64,000 bases of DNA. Source: an uncultured virus (IMG/VR IMGVR_UViG_2579779073_000002) (taxonomy: Duplodnaviria; Heunggongvirae; Uroviricota; Caudoviricetes). Made by a program: the position numbers and the translations under genes. Below, piece after piece: positions 27,702-36,483 of this stretch (its first letter is position 1; every line of letters starts with the position of its first letter). The notes under the pieces were generated by a model. That model saw only the letters and a list, made by a program, of their open reading frames with translations. It was not told the origin of the DNA and searched no databases. The stretch is from the IMG/VR virus record IMGVR_UViG_2579779073_000002. One strand, given 5' to 3'.

Positions 27702-28421
27702 TTATGGTCTTGCGTATTGATTGCCCCGTGGTGCTGGCTTGGCACCAGAATTATCAGCAGCACTCTGGGTCATATATTGGTAATTACCTGGATTTTTAAC
27801 GCTGGTGTAGTACTTATTGGAGTCTGATACAAAAACCATACCAGAAGCAGCAGTAGTCCAACCACCATTTTGTGTATAGGAAGCATTGTCTGTTTTACTT
27901 GTTTCGCTCGCTTTTTTAGCTGATGACGAGCTAGCAACTAATGATTCTGAACTGGCTTTAGCTATTGAAGAGCTTTCTGCCTCAGACTGCTTTTTGCTTG
28001 ATTCGGATTCAGAACTAGCCATACTCTCTGAATTCTCTTTGGATTCAGACTTGGAGGCAGCAATACTTTCAGATTCTTCTTTGCTACTTGATAGGGCGCT
28101 TTCAGATGACTCCTTCTCCTTAATAGAGTTAGCTTTACTGATACTAGCCTTTCTTTTCGATGCATCTTTTGCTGAACTTTTCTTTGCTTTGCTACTTGAG
28201 GCTGTATCTGACTGTGATGCACTCGATCTTGCTGTGCCAGAAGGGGCGGCCCAAACCGTTAATGCTAAGAATAGGATTGTTAGTCCTACTGAGATTAAGG
28301 TGTATTTTTTGTATGGACGATTAACACCTGTTTTTGTGAAATGATGAATTCCCCCACGAATTGAAAAGTAAGCTAACGCAATTAAAGATACAAGAAACAT
28401 AAATGTAAAAAATATATCCAA
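27702..28421 (-). CDS. Membrane-anchored Ser/Lys/Glu-rich protein with small C-terminal domain (superinfection-exclusion-like architecture)
   Basis: Two N-terminal TM helices, Ser-rich linker; GGAGG RBS, TTG start. Confidence 0.7.
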   Translation of the reverse strand: MDIFFTFMFLVSLIALAYFSIRGGIHHFTKTGVNRPYKKYTLISVGLTILFLALTVWAAPSGTARSSASQSDTASSSKAKKSSAKDASKRKASISKANSIKEKESSESALSSSKEESESIAASKSESKENSESMASSESESSKKQSEAESSSIAKASSESLVASSSSAKKASETSKTDNASYTQNGGWTTAASGMVFVSDSNKYYTSVKNPGNYQYMTQSAADNSGAKPAPRGNQYARP

Positions 28422-28520
28422 AGTAATCCCTCCAAAATATGTTATTCCCCAATAACAATAATTCCCCGAATTATAAGTAGTCCCAACTCCTAGCTTTTAA
28501 TGACATCCTGACTGGTCAAT

Positions 28521-28612
28521 GTGAGTGGCAGGAGTTGAACCCGCATGGCAATAAGAAATAAAGGAAGGGTATCCCATAAGAAGTTGCTGTTCTGCCGTTG
28601 AACTACACCCAC
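28521..28612 (-). ncRNA. tRNA-scaffold RNA D, 44-nt insert
   Basis: Acceptor GTGGGTG/CACTCAC, D-arm GTTC-AACGGCA-GAAC, T-arm GCGGG-TTCAACT-CCTGC. Confidence 0.7.
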
Positions 28613-28624
28613 GTTTGTAATAAT

Positions 28625-28752
28625 TTAGTGATGAAGCTTTTTATAGAGAAAATATGCAACTAATGCTGATATAATTGCCACAAATAATAGCTCAGTGCTC
28701 CACTTAATAGAGGACATGACTTTTTAAAAAAATAAGTTAAAGAATTGAACAT
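28625..28752 (-). pseudogene. Small membrane peptide gene split at a T7A5 run (MFNSLTYFFK / VMSSIKWSTELLFVAIISALVAYFLYKKLHH)
   Basis: AGGAG RBS; one added base would give a 42-aa single-TM peptide. Confidence 0.4.
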
Positions 28753-28792
28753 TGGTGATTCTCCTGTGTTTGATTGAGTTAGGAATCTCTAT

Positions 28793-28875
28793 GCGAGCGG
28801 CAGGAGTCGAACCTGCATTGGAAGGTAGGCTATATTTGAATTAAAGGAACCATTCTACCGTTGAACTACGCTCGC
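28793..28875 (-). ncRNA. tRNA-scaffold RNA E, 35-nt insert
   Basis: Acceptor GCGAGCG/CGCTCGC, D-arm GTTC-AACGGTA-GAAT, T-arm GCAGG-TTCGACT-CCTGC. Confidence 0.75.
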
Positions 28876-29026
28876 GTGAAAGCCCAATCAAGGGCCAGTT
28901 ATAAATTGCTATTTCATACCAGATTGAGTTTTACCACTCAATGTTCCATTGGTGAAAGTAACGTTAAAGTTCGCACCTAATACGCCTTTGACACCTGAGG
29001 TATATCCTTCAAAATAGTGCATTGTG

Positions 29027-29395
29027 TTATTGTTGTGGTTGATTAAAGTTCTTTAGGGAAGCTAAATATAAAGAACCACCAATAATTGCGATAATTCCGC
29101 CAATCCAACCTAAGAATGGAATAAGTGCGATTGCGCCGCCGACAATTAGTAAAACACCTGGTGCAGTATTTACTCTTGAATCGCCTTTATAATAAATTAA
29201 TGCAATGATGCCTAGTGCTAAAATGGCAATTTTCAAAATGTTTAATAAAGCCACTGTACCTGATGTGCTTGTTGCTGATCCAGTTGCCGCATCGCTTAGG
29301 GCGCCACCAGCGACAAACCAGCCCCCAAATAATAAGATGATTCCGCCAACTAATCCCACGATTCCGTTGGTAAGCGCTAAATTCTTTGTCTTCAT
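29027..29395 (-). CDS. Gly-rich multi-TM membrane protein
   Basis: GAGGAGG RBS; 3-4 TM helices. Confidence 0.75.
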   Translation of the reverse strand: MKTKNLALTNGIVGLVGGIILLFGGWFVAGGALSDAATGSATSTSGTVALLNILKIAILALGIIALIYYKGDSRVNTAPGVLLIVGGAIALIPFLGWIGGIIAIIGGSLYLASLKNFNQPQQ

Positions 29396-29474
29396 GCTGA
29401 AATTCCTCCTCTTTTAACAGCTTTTAATGTCGATCAGCTTATTGGACATAGCTTTTTAGTATTCCCTAGCAATA

Positions 29475-29729
29475 TTAATTCTTATCGTGATTTTTCTGTG
29501 TCTGTGCGAGAAGTTCCTTATACTTATTAATTTCTGAGTTAAAACGGTCTGGTATATCTTCATTTGGGTGTAACTTTTTCCAGATGAAAATTCCAATCAT
29601 TGACCAAAGGCCTGCACGAATTAAATCCTTTAGTTTGAGATGTCCCACTGTCATGAATTTAACGAACTTATTTAAAATCCAGTACATAATAGCGATAATA
29701 ATTATTAACCATGTGAGAATAATAGACAT
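29475..29729 (-). CDS. Small 2-TM membrane protein
   Basis: GGAGG RBS; hydrophobic. Confidence 0.65.
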   Translation of the reverse strand: MSIILTWLIIIIAIMYWILNKFVKFMTVGHLKLKDLIRAGLWSMIGIFIWKKLHPNEDIPDRFNSEINKYKELLAQTQKNHDKN

Positions 29730-29738
29730 ATCTTCCTC

Positions 29739-30531
29739 CTAGTTATAGTAATAATAATTTCTACGTTGCTTTTGTTTGATGGTCTGACCGACGTACAGTT
29801 GTGTACCAGAGTCTCCAAGACCATCTTTATATACATGAGTGATACCAGTGCTACTATCATCTAATCTATAAAGCATACCGTAATCAGTTTTCCAACCATA
29901 AGCCATTCCCTGTGAAGTTTCTATAGACGAATATGCAGAGCCAACGTATTTTTGTAAAGTTTCGACGTCTTTTTGCCCAAAAACCTTAGCAAATGATTTG
30001 AGTTGGCCTTCGTTTACTCTTTTCTTGCTAGATTCGTTAGCTTCGGTCTTATCTTTTTTTATAGTCGGCTTTATGAACTTCATCAGGAGAACCATCAAAT
30101 AATTTATCATTTTGAAAATCTAAGTCATCAGATCCGTACATAAGCGTGCTTGAGTTCTCGTCTGTAGGCTTTCCCATGATAGCAGTGACCTGTGATTTAG
30201 TCATGCCAAGCTTAACTTTGCTGAAATCATACTTTTTAGAACTAGATGATTTAGAAGAATGGCTTTGAGACGTTGAGTCTATTGATTCTTTACTTGTAGT
30301 AGAGTTGCTATTCGCTGAATTATAATTATTACTCTCTGAAGAACTTTTTATGGCAGGGTCAAATATTATGCCAATTACCATAAACACAAGAGATATAAGT
30401 AGTGATAATAGTCCGTACTTAAAAGAATGTTTGGTATCTTTATTTGTTAAAAATTTTATAGTTCCCCGTCCAATAAAATACAGAAAAGCTATGAATGAAA
30501 TTAAAAATACTGTATTAATAATCGCTGTCAT
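29739..30531 (-). pseudogene. Membrane-anchored Ser-rich protein with BamE/SmpA-like motif, split by an extra A in an A7 run near 30054-30060
   Basis: KVKLGMTKSQVTAIMGKP; deleting one A joins the two track ORFs (DYKK-DKTEAN); GGAGG RBS before ATG 30531. Confidence 0.65.
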
Positions 30532-30553
30532 AATTCCTCCAAACTCATGTATA

Positions 30554-30967
30554 TTAATCTCCGTCGAATGGTACCCCGTATTGATAGGACAGTTCTCTGT
30601 ATGAATAGGGAATATGGCCATTCTCCTCAATAAACAACATTCCCATCAATCCAACTGAAAATTCATCAGCTTCACGTTCAAACTTAGAATGTCCATGTTT
30701 AACGGAAGTGTAGTACCCAATCAGTCCCTCATGGAATATAACGTGTCCCAGCTCATGACCGAGAATAAAATACTGCTGTGACGTATGTTTAATAGAATTA
30801 TTGAGTAGTATGATAGGCTCTTGGTTGTCATAAGCATTTTTACCCAGAGGCATTGCCCCAAAATCACACCATTCCACTTGTATGTTAAGCTTTTCCGCAA
30901 TTACAAACGGGTCCGCTGTGTGATAACGATTGACAATAGTTTTAACGATATCTTTTACTCTATCCAT
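30554..30967 (-). CDS. ImmA/IrrE-family metalloprotease
   Basis: FILGHELGH...EREADEF; adjacent to the repressor. Confidence 0.9.
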   Translation of the reverse strand: MDRVKDIVKTIVNRYHTADPFVIAEKLNIQVEWCDFGAMPLGKNAYDNQEPIILLNNSIKHTSQQYFILGHELGHVIFHEGLIGYYTSVKHGHSKFEREADEFSVGLMGMLFIEENGHIPYSYRELSYQYGVPFDGD

Positions 30968-30978
30968 AAGTACAACTC

Positions 30979-31341
30979 CTAATCATGCTTGTGGCGTTTC
31001 CAGAATATTGTTGCCATGGCCACACGCACTTGTTGTTTCTCTTCTTCAGTAAGATCTTCACCCCCATAGGTCATCGAACCCTCATTTGCTTCAAGAAAAT
31101 CCTTCAGGTCAATGGTATCTTTCTTGGTTGCCCATTTTGGCGTGCCATTTTTTCCAAGCAAGTAGTCAGTTGTCACGGAAAAACGATCTGCAATTTTAGA
31201 AAGTGTTTCAAGATCAGGCTGTCGTTTTCCTTGTTCATAGGAAGCCAGTGTTGTTTTGGCCATGCCCAATTGCATTGCTAATCTCTCTTGCGTTAGACCA
31301 GCTTCTCTTTTTCGTAATTCTTTAAGGCGTTCAGCAAACAT
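30979..31341 (-). CDS. CI-like XRE repressor
   Basis: RLKELRK...TLASYEQGKRQPD; AAGGAGG RBS before ATG 31341. Confidence 0.9.
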   Translation of the reverse strand: MFAERLKELRKREAGLTQERLAMQLGMAKTTLASYEQGKRQPDLETLSKIADRFSVTTDYLLGKNGTPKWATKKDTIDLKDFLEANEGSMTYGGEDLTEEEKQQVRVAMATIFWKRHKHD

Positions 31342-31373
31342 TGATAGGCCTCCTTCATTAATTATAAGATTAC

Positions 31374-31492
31374 TACGCATAATGCGTATTTTGTACAGAA
31401 ATATAAAAAATACTCGTTTAGAGTATTTTTGTGTTGACTAAATACGCGAATTGTATTATATTAATAAGCATCAAAGGTACGCGAAACGTATT
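31374..31492. promoter_or_regulatory. Main lysis/lysogeny switch with imperfect TACGC..CGTA-type palindromic operators
   Basis: TACGCATAATGCGTA, TACTCGTTTAGAGTA, TACGCGAATTGTA and TACGCGAAACGTA between the divergent HTH genes. Confidence 0.6.
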
Positions 31493-31513
31493 ACTTAGTT
31501 AGGAGGTGTTAAC

Positions 31514-31745
31514 ATGCGTCATTGGTTAAAAGAGTGGAGAGATATCAACGGACTAACGCAAAAAAAGGCTGCTGAATTTCTCGATATGCCAGAGACAACT
31601 TTAGCGTCTTACGAACAAGGGCATAGAACACCAAGTGTTGGTAGAGCTAAGAAAATGGCTGTAAGAATGAACGATATATACGAAAAAAAAACGTGTTAAA
31701 TGGACTTATTTTTTTGAAGATAAAGTACACAATACGAGTAAATAA
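31514..31745 (+). CDS. Cro-like regulator, apparent +1 frameshift in an A9 run at 31683-31691
   Basis: HTH TLASYEQGHRTPS; A8 restores the tail KRVKWTYFFEDKVHNTSK, ending at the next RBS. Confidence 0.75.
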
Positions 31746-31817
31746 GGAGGTGCCAAAATGATGCCAATGAAAAGTAAAAGAGCCGCTACCGCAAATAGCA
31801 ACTCTTCGGATTAAACG

Positions 31818-32132
31818 TTAATGACTGACAATCTTTACCACTTTGGAGCTGGCAAACACGGTGCCAGGGTCATCATCAGTGAAAAAGAAAGTGTAGTTGT
31901 TTAGAAGTTTGGTGATACTTGGCACTAATCCTAGCTTAATATGTTCGTTCAGTTCAAACGGACCATTAATTTCGTCTTTGTTAGGAAAATCGTACGTTAT
32001 CTTTTCCCAGTTCTTTTTAGAAATTTTTTTAGGACGATCATTAATTGGCGCAGTGCGAATACCCCAAACAAAGTCATGTACGTTTAGCGTTAGTGTTTCA
32101 CCATCTAAAAAATGAATCGTAGCTGTTAACAT
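31818..32132 (-). CDS. Hypothetical protein
   Basis: AAGGTGG RBS; downstream of the XRE gene. Confidence 0.6.
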   Translation of the reverse strand: MLTATIHFLDGETLTLNVHDFVWGIRTAPINDRPKKISKKNWEKITYDFPNKDEINGPFELNEHIKLGLVPSITKLLNNYTFFFTDDDPGTVFASSKVVKIVSH

Positions 32133-32169
32133 TTTTTAACCACCTTTTTAAGTGAGAAGTCTATGGAAA

Positions 32170-32406
32170 TTATTTTTCCACCTCGTTGTAAGGCGGGAAG
32201 TCGAAGAAGTCGTGAACGCTGATACCGAGGGTGCCACATACCTTACGGATTGTAGTAATTGTTGGGCGCTTACTTTGTCCGGAAAAAATAGAATTCAGAG
32301 TTGACTGTTTCATACCGGATAGATTAGCAACGCGATTGATAGTTAAGTTTTGCTCATTTATTAGTGAAATTAGTCTTGTCGCAATAAGCTGACCATCTGT
32401 TTGCAT
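32170..32406 (-). CDS. XRE-family HTH protein
   Basis: TINRVANLSGMKQSTLNSI...PTITTIRKVC. Confidence 0.8.
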   Translation of the reverse strand: MQTDGQLIATRLISLINEQNLTINRVANLSGMKQSTLNSIFSGQSKRPTITTIRKVCGTLGISVHDFFDFPPYNEVEK

Positions 32407-32418
32407 AGTGAATGCTCC

Positions 32419-32533
32419 TAACGATATATTGTTAATTCTATTCTAAATGAAATTAAAAAAACTTTTACCGATATATAGTTGACACTAACTGATATATCGG
32501 TTATAGTAAAAACAAGTTAACGATATATAGTTA
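32419..32533. promoter_or_regulatory. Second divergent switch: four GATATAT-centred palindromic operators and a TTGACA-N17-TATAGT promoter
   Basis: Copies near 32419, 32466, 32486 and 32518. Confidence 0.7.
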
Positions 32534-32552
32534 ACAGGAAAGGAGATACTAA

Positions 32553-32753
32553 ATGACTTACACATTAAGAATTCGAGAATTGCGGCAGAAATTGGGACTC
32601 AGCCAATCAGCACTAGCTGATAAAAGTGGAGTACCGCAAACGACGATTAGCGCAATTGAGTCAGGTACTAATTTGACATACGAGACGGCGAAAAAGCTTG
32701 CCCGTGCATTAGGAGTTTCCACGGATGAATTATCAGTGGAGGTGACTAAGTAA
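32553..32753 (+). CDS. Cro-like HTH protein
   Basis: LSQSALADKSGVPQTTISAIESG. Confidence 0.85.
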   Translation: MTYTLRIRELRQKLGLSQSALADKSGVPQTTISAIESGTNLTYETAKKLARALGVSTDELSVEVTK

Positions 32754-32900
32754 TGGAGATTACGCAAGAACAGTTGCACGAAATGGTTCAAAGGTTCCAT
32801 TTAGGTGTATCAAATTAACAAGAGCACCATTGATGGAGTACGTCGAATACTCGAGTCGTTAAAAGCCAATATTTAATTTTCAAAGAACGGAGGCAACAAA

Positions 32901-33071
32901 ATGACAAACCTGTCACGAACTACATTAATTAATGCACTAGCAAAGGTTAAGCCCGAAACGCCAAGAGTAATGTTTGAGGCACTAAGTGATAAAGCACTAG
33001 ATGCTGAATTTCGAGCGGTAACGGATGAGTATAACGAGCAAGCTAGTCAACTTATGTCAGTTTCATATTAG
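32901..33071 (+). CDS. 56-aa hypothetical phage protein
   Basis: GGAGG RBS; stop abuts the next RBS; hand translation. Confidence 0.55.
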   Translation: MTNLSRTTLINALAKVKPETPRVMFEALSDKALDAEFRAVTDEYNEQASQLMSVSY

Positions 33072-33082
33072 GAGGTGCGAAC

Positions 33083-33388
33083 ATGTCAGATACGATATTG
33101 ATTCGGCATGAGGCTCCAAAGGGCTTCCAATTCATTAGCGAAGAAGAATACGAGAGGTTCCAAGCCTGGAAGCAAGCACAACGTGGTATTCGTACTTGGA
33201 AGCTTAAAGATTTGGCTAAGTATAAATATGGAACTAAATCAACCGAACGAGCCTCACGATATTTAACCAAGCATCGCCATGATTTGGATATTGAACAGGG
33301 TGGTTTCATTGATTATGTGAATACCCATAACGGCTGGCAGATTCCAGCAGCTGAGATGATGGATTACCTATTAGATCATCCCGATTAA
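33083..33388 (+). CDS. Phage early protein (DUF771-like, possible excisionase)
   Basis: GGAGGTG RBS; TWKLKDL...W.IPA.EM..YL pattern. Confidence 0.6.
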   Translation: MSDTILIRHEAPKGFQFISEEEYERFQAWKQAQRGIRTWKLKDLAKYKYGTKSTERASRYLTKHRHDLDIEQGGFIDYVNTHNGWQIPAAEMMDYLLDHPD

Positions 33389-33455
33389 TTTAAATTATAG
33401 GTGAATTACATGGAAAGGCGGTATAAAGCCCTTTCCAAAATACAGAGGTGTAGGT

Positions 33456-33968
33456 ATGAAAAACAAGTTTGCAGAGCAATTGTCATTGGCATTAGGTAGA
33501 GATAAAACACTAACACAGCAGCAGATTGCAGATAGGACGCATGTTTCTCCCGGACAATTGTCCCGGTTGAAGAGTGGATCAAGAAGCACTGATCCACAAA
33601 TCAGGAAGTCGTTAGCAAATGTAATTAACGATTTTTGGCTTAGCTATTCTGGCGCTCGTGAGAATTTCGGCGTGCTGTCATTCCAGAATGACAGGCGTCT
33701 AAAGGGCGATATGTTCTCAGCCCTAATGCGTCAGAAGAAAGAGCAGCAAGAACGAGAGGCAATGGAAGCCGAGTTTGAGAACGCTATTGCGATTAATCCA
33801 AATGATCGGACACCAGCGCAGCAACTAGTTATTGAACGTTATCCACGTGAATATGCAGAAGAGATTAGCGCCGAAATAACTGATTTGGCTAAGAAAGCTG
33901 AGTATGCCGGTATCCCAATGGATAAATTGCAGGAAGTAATCGATAAAGTCAACCAAGAAAATGGCTAG
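33456..33968 (+). CDS. XRE-HTH phage protein
   Basis: TQQQIADRTHVSPGQLSRLKSG. Confidence 0.75.
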   Translation: MKNKFAEQLSLALGRDKTLTQQQIADRTHVSPGQLSRLKSGSRSTDPQIRKSLANVINDFWLSYSGARENFGVLSFQNDRRLKGDMFSALMRQKKEQQEREAMEAEFENAIAINPNDRTPAQQLVIERYPREYAEEISAEITDLAKKAEYAGIPMDKLQEVIDKVNQENG

Positions 33969-34338
33969 GAGGAAATAGCAATGATTGAAGGAGCAATAGT
34001 AGGCTGTGCGTTAACTGCCTTGTGGTTCAAGCGTCATGAAGTTGCTAGTTGGTTTGGAATTTAAGGAGATGAAGACGATGAAATTCACATTCAGGATTGG
34101 AAACGTGCTTTACAAACAGCTCACGATCGAAGAATTGAATAATCTTTTTGACAAATTTAAGGAGGCTGAGATAGTTGGAAGTACGCAAAGTATCGCTAAA
34201 GCCTAAATTTGAGTACGAAAAAAGCTGCTCGAGTATCGGAAGTACCCGTGCAGCAAAGACGCTTAACAATTTTATTCTTGAATTCTATTGTACTCCGAAA
34301 CAGTCACTAAGACAACGTTTGACACGGAGGTGGGTCAA

Positions 34339-34725
34339 ATGATACCAGCACAGGCAGATTTAAATGAGCATTGGCAGCAACGTAACGACTCACGCGACTG
34401 GGTACTTGACGCGGATAACTATTGCTACGATGGTGACGAGTTCGGCAAGGCACAGTTGTTCCAAGATTACATCGATAACAATGGCTTTAAGCAGTGGGCG
34501 ACTGATATGCAGGCCGATATGCTGAGCGCCATTTGCATTGTTACTTTCGGTTCAACTGACGTGAGCGTGTTGTATCCAGATCAAGGTGAGGAACCTAATT
34601 GGCAATGGTTGATTGATGTGTTTGGTCAAGCCCGTCTGTGGGACGAGCTACTGGCACACATCGACACGGACACGATGATGACACGTCTGGGCTATCACTG
34701 GGTATCTGAGGAGGAAAAAGCATGA
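34339..34725 (+). CDS. Hypothetical phage protein
   Basis: GGAGGTG RBS before ATG 34339; ATGA overlap with recT. Confidence 0.6.
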   Translation: MIPAQADLNEHWQQRNDSRDWVLDADNYCYDGDEFGKAQLFQDYIDNNGFKQWATDMQADMLSAICIVTFGSTDVSVLYPDQGEEPNWQWLIDVFGQARLWDELLAHIDTDTMMTRLGYHWVSEEEKA

Positions 34726-35621
34726 GCAATGAATTAGTTACGATGGTCAATAACAATATTGAGGACATGAAGAATAATGAAGGGTTATCGTTGCCACCTG
34801 ATTATTCGGTTGGGAATGCCCTGAACAGCGCGTATCTGATTTTGAGCGATACCACCAAGGGCCAACCATTACTTGATAAATGTGATCAAGGATCAGTTAT
34901 CAAAGCGTTGATGAACATGGCAATTCAAGGATTGAGCCCAGCTAAAAACCAATGCTATTTCATTCCTTATGGCAACCAGTTAGTCATGCAGCGTTCCTAT
35001 TTTGGCTCAATTAGCGTTGTAAAGCGTCTTTCAAACGTTAAGGATATTCAGGCACAGGTTGTCCACAAAGACGACACGTTCAAGATTGGTGGTAAAGATG
35101 GAGTGTTGGTGGTTAAGGAGTTCGAGCCAAGCTTTGAGAACCTAGATAAGCCAATTATCGGGGCCTTTGCATGGATCGAAGACATCAACGGGAACCGGAC
35201 ATACACGGTTATGACAAAAAAAGACATCGACACCAGTTGGAGCCACGCTAAGACGAAGAAGGTTCAAAACGAGTTCCCAGAAGAGATGGCGAAACGTACA
35301 GTCATCAATCGAGCTGCGAAGTTCTATATTAATTCAAGCTCAGACAACGATTTATTTGTAAAAGCAGTTAACGAAACCACTAGCAACGAATATGAGAATG
35401 ACGATAGAAAAGACGTAACACCGCCTAAAAGGTCATTGGTAGCTGATGTAGCAGAGAATAAAGCTGAGAAGGTAGAATCTGCCGAACCAGCTAAAGGACC
35501 CGTTAGAACGGCTGTAAAGGAGGCATCAAGCAATGATCAAGAACCTGTCAAAGACGAAGTCGACCAGCAAAACCTTTTCGACAACCTCAATGATGTTGGA
35601 TCAGAAGTTGACGCCGAATAA
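34722..35621 (+). CDS. recT: RecT-family recombinase
   Basis: QGLSPAKNQCYFIPYG...FPEEMAKRTVINRAAK. Confidence 0.9.
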   Translation: MSNELVTMVNNNIEDMKNNEGLSLPPDYSVGNALNSAYLILSDTTKGQPLLDKCDQGSVIKALMNMAIQGLSPAKNQCYFIPYGNQLVMQRSYFGSISVVKRLSNVKDIQAQVVHKDDTFKIGGKDGVLVVKEFEPSFENLDKPIIGAFAWIEDINGNRTYTVMTKKDIDTSWSHAKTKKVQNEFPEEMAKRTVINRAAKFYINSSSDNDLFVKAVNETTSNEYENDDRKDVTPPKRSLVADVAENKAEKVESAEPAKGPVRTAVKEASSNDQEPVKDEVDQQNLFDNLNDVGSEVDAE

Positions 35622-36405
35622 TTATTATGAGAACTGGACTGATCGAGCTTTTATGTCAGTAACGTGGTTCAAGAAGTTCTTAGTTTGTGAGTCTGAAGCA
35701 CTAGCTGAGCTGACTGGAAAATGGCAATCTGTTCGTGACGTCAAAGCCTTAATAGTTGGCAATTGGCTCCATAGCTATTTCGAAAGCAAGCAAGCGCACG
35801 AAAAGTTTAAAGATGAGCATCCAGAATCAATTGCAAAGCGTGGTCCTACTAAAGGGCAACTAAAAAGTGATTTCAAGATGGCTGACAAAATGATTAAAGT
35901 GCTTGCTAGTGATGATGATTTCAACTTGCTTTATCAAGGCGATAAAGAAGTGATTGTAACTGGTGAGATCGGTGGTTATCCCTGGAAGGGCAAGATTGAT
36001 TGCCTCAATTTGAAACAAGGTTACTTCGTTGATCTAAAGACGACCGCTGATATTTATAAGGGTTATTGGAATGAAGAAAGCCGTGAACGGGAACCATTTG
36101 TTTATGCGTATAACTATCAGCTTCAAATGGCCGTGTATCAGGAACTGATTAAGCAGCAATTCGGTGTGATGTGTAAACCGTACATCGTGGCAGTAAGCAA
36201 ACAGGATCCACCAGACAAGCAGGCTATTGATTTACCGGAGTACCGACTTACTAATGCTATGAACCAGATATTGGACTCTCAACAGCATATTCAAGATGTC
36301 ATTAAAGGCGAAGCAGATCCTATCCAATGCGGACATTGTGCTTATTGTCGTAGTACCAAAAAGTTAGAGAGCGTCGTTAGTGCAGACGACTTACTCATAG
36401 ATTGA
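35533..36405 (+). CDS. PD-(D/E)XK exonuclease (RecE/DUF3799-like)
   Basis: WKGKID...VDLKTT...YQLQMAVY; true start probably a little downstream. Confidence 0.85.
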   Translation: MIKNLSKTKSTSKTFSTTSMMLDQKLTPNNYYENWTDRAFMSVTWFKKFLVCESEALAELTGKWQSVRDVKALIVGNWLHSYFESKQAHEKFKDEHPESIAKRGPTKGQLKSDFKMADKMIKVLASDDDFNLLYQGDKEVIVTGEIGGYPWKGKIDCLNLKQGYFVDLKTTADIYKGYWNEESREREPFVYAYNYQLQMAVYQELIKQQFGVMCKPYIVAVSKQDPPDKQAIDLPEYRLTNAMNQILDSQQHIQDVIKGEADPIQCGHCAYCRSTKKLESVVSADDLLID

Positions 36406-36483
36406 CTAAACAGAATTGGCTTGAACAGCAGTGACTGAATCCACCGAACGGGTGAAAGGCCCATTAGTAAAGGAGGGACGAAT

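Noticed and set aside
26949..28875. Intron-containing or ordinary decayed tRNAs
   Set aside because: Inserts are too short for group I introns and leave no anticodon stem halves; the other arms keep their pairing, unlike random decay.
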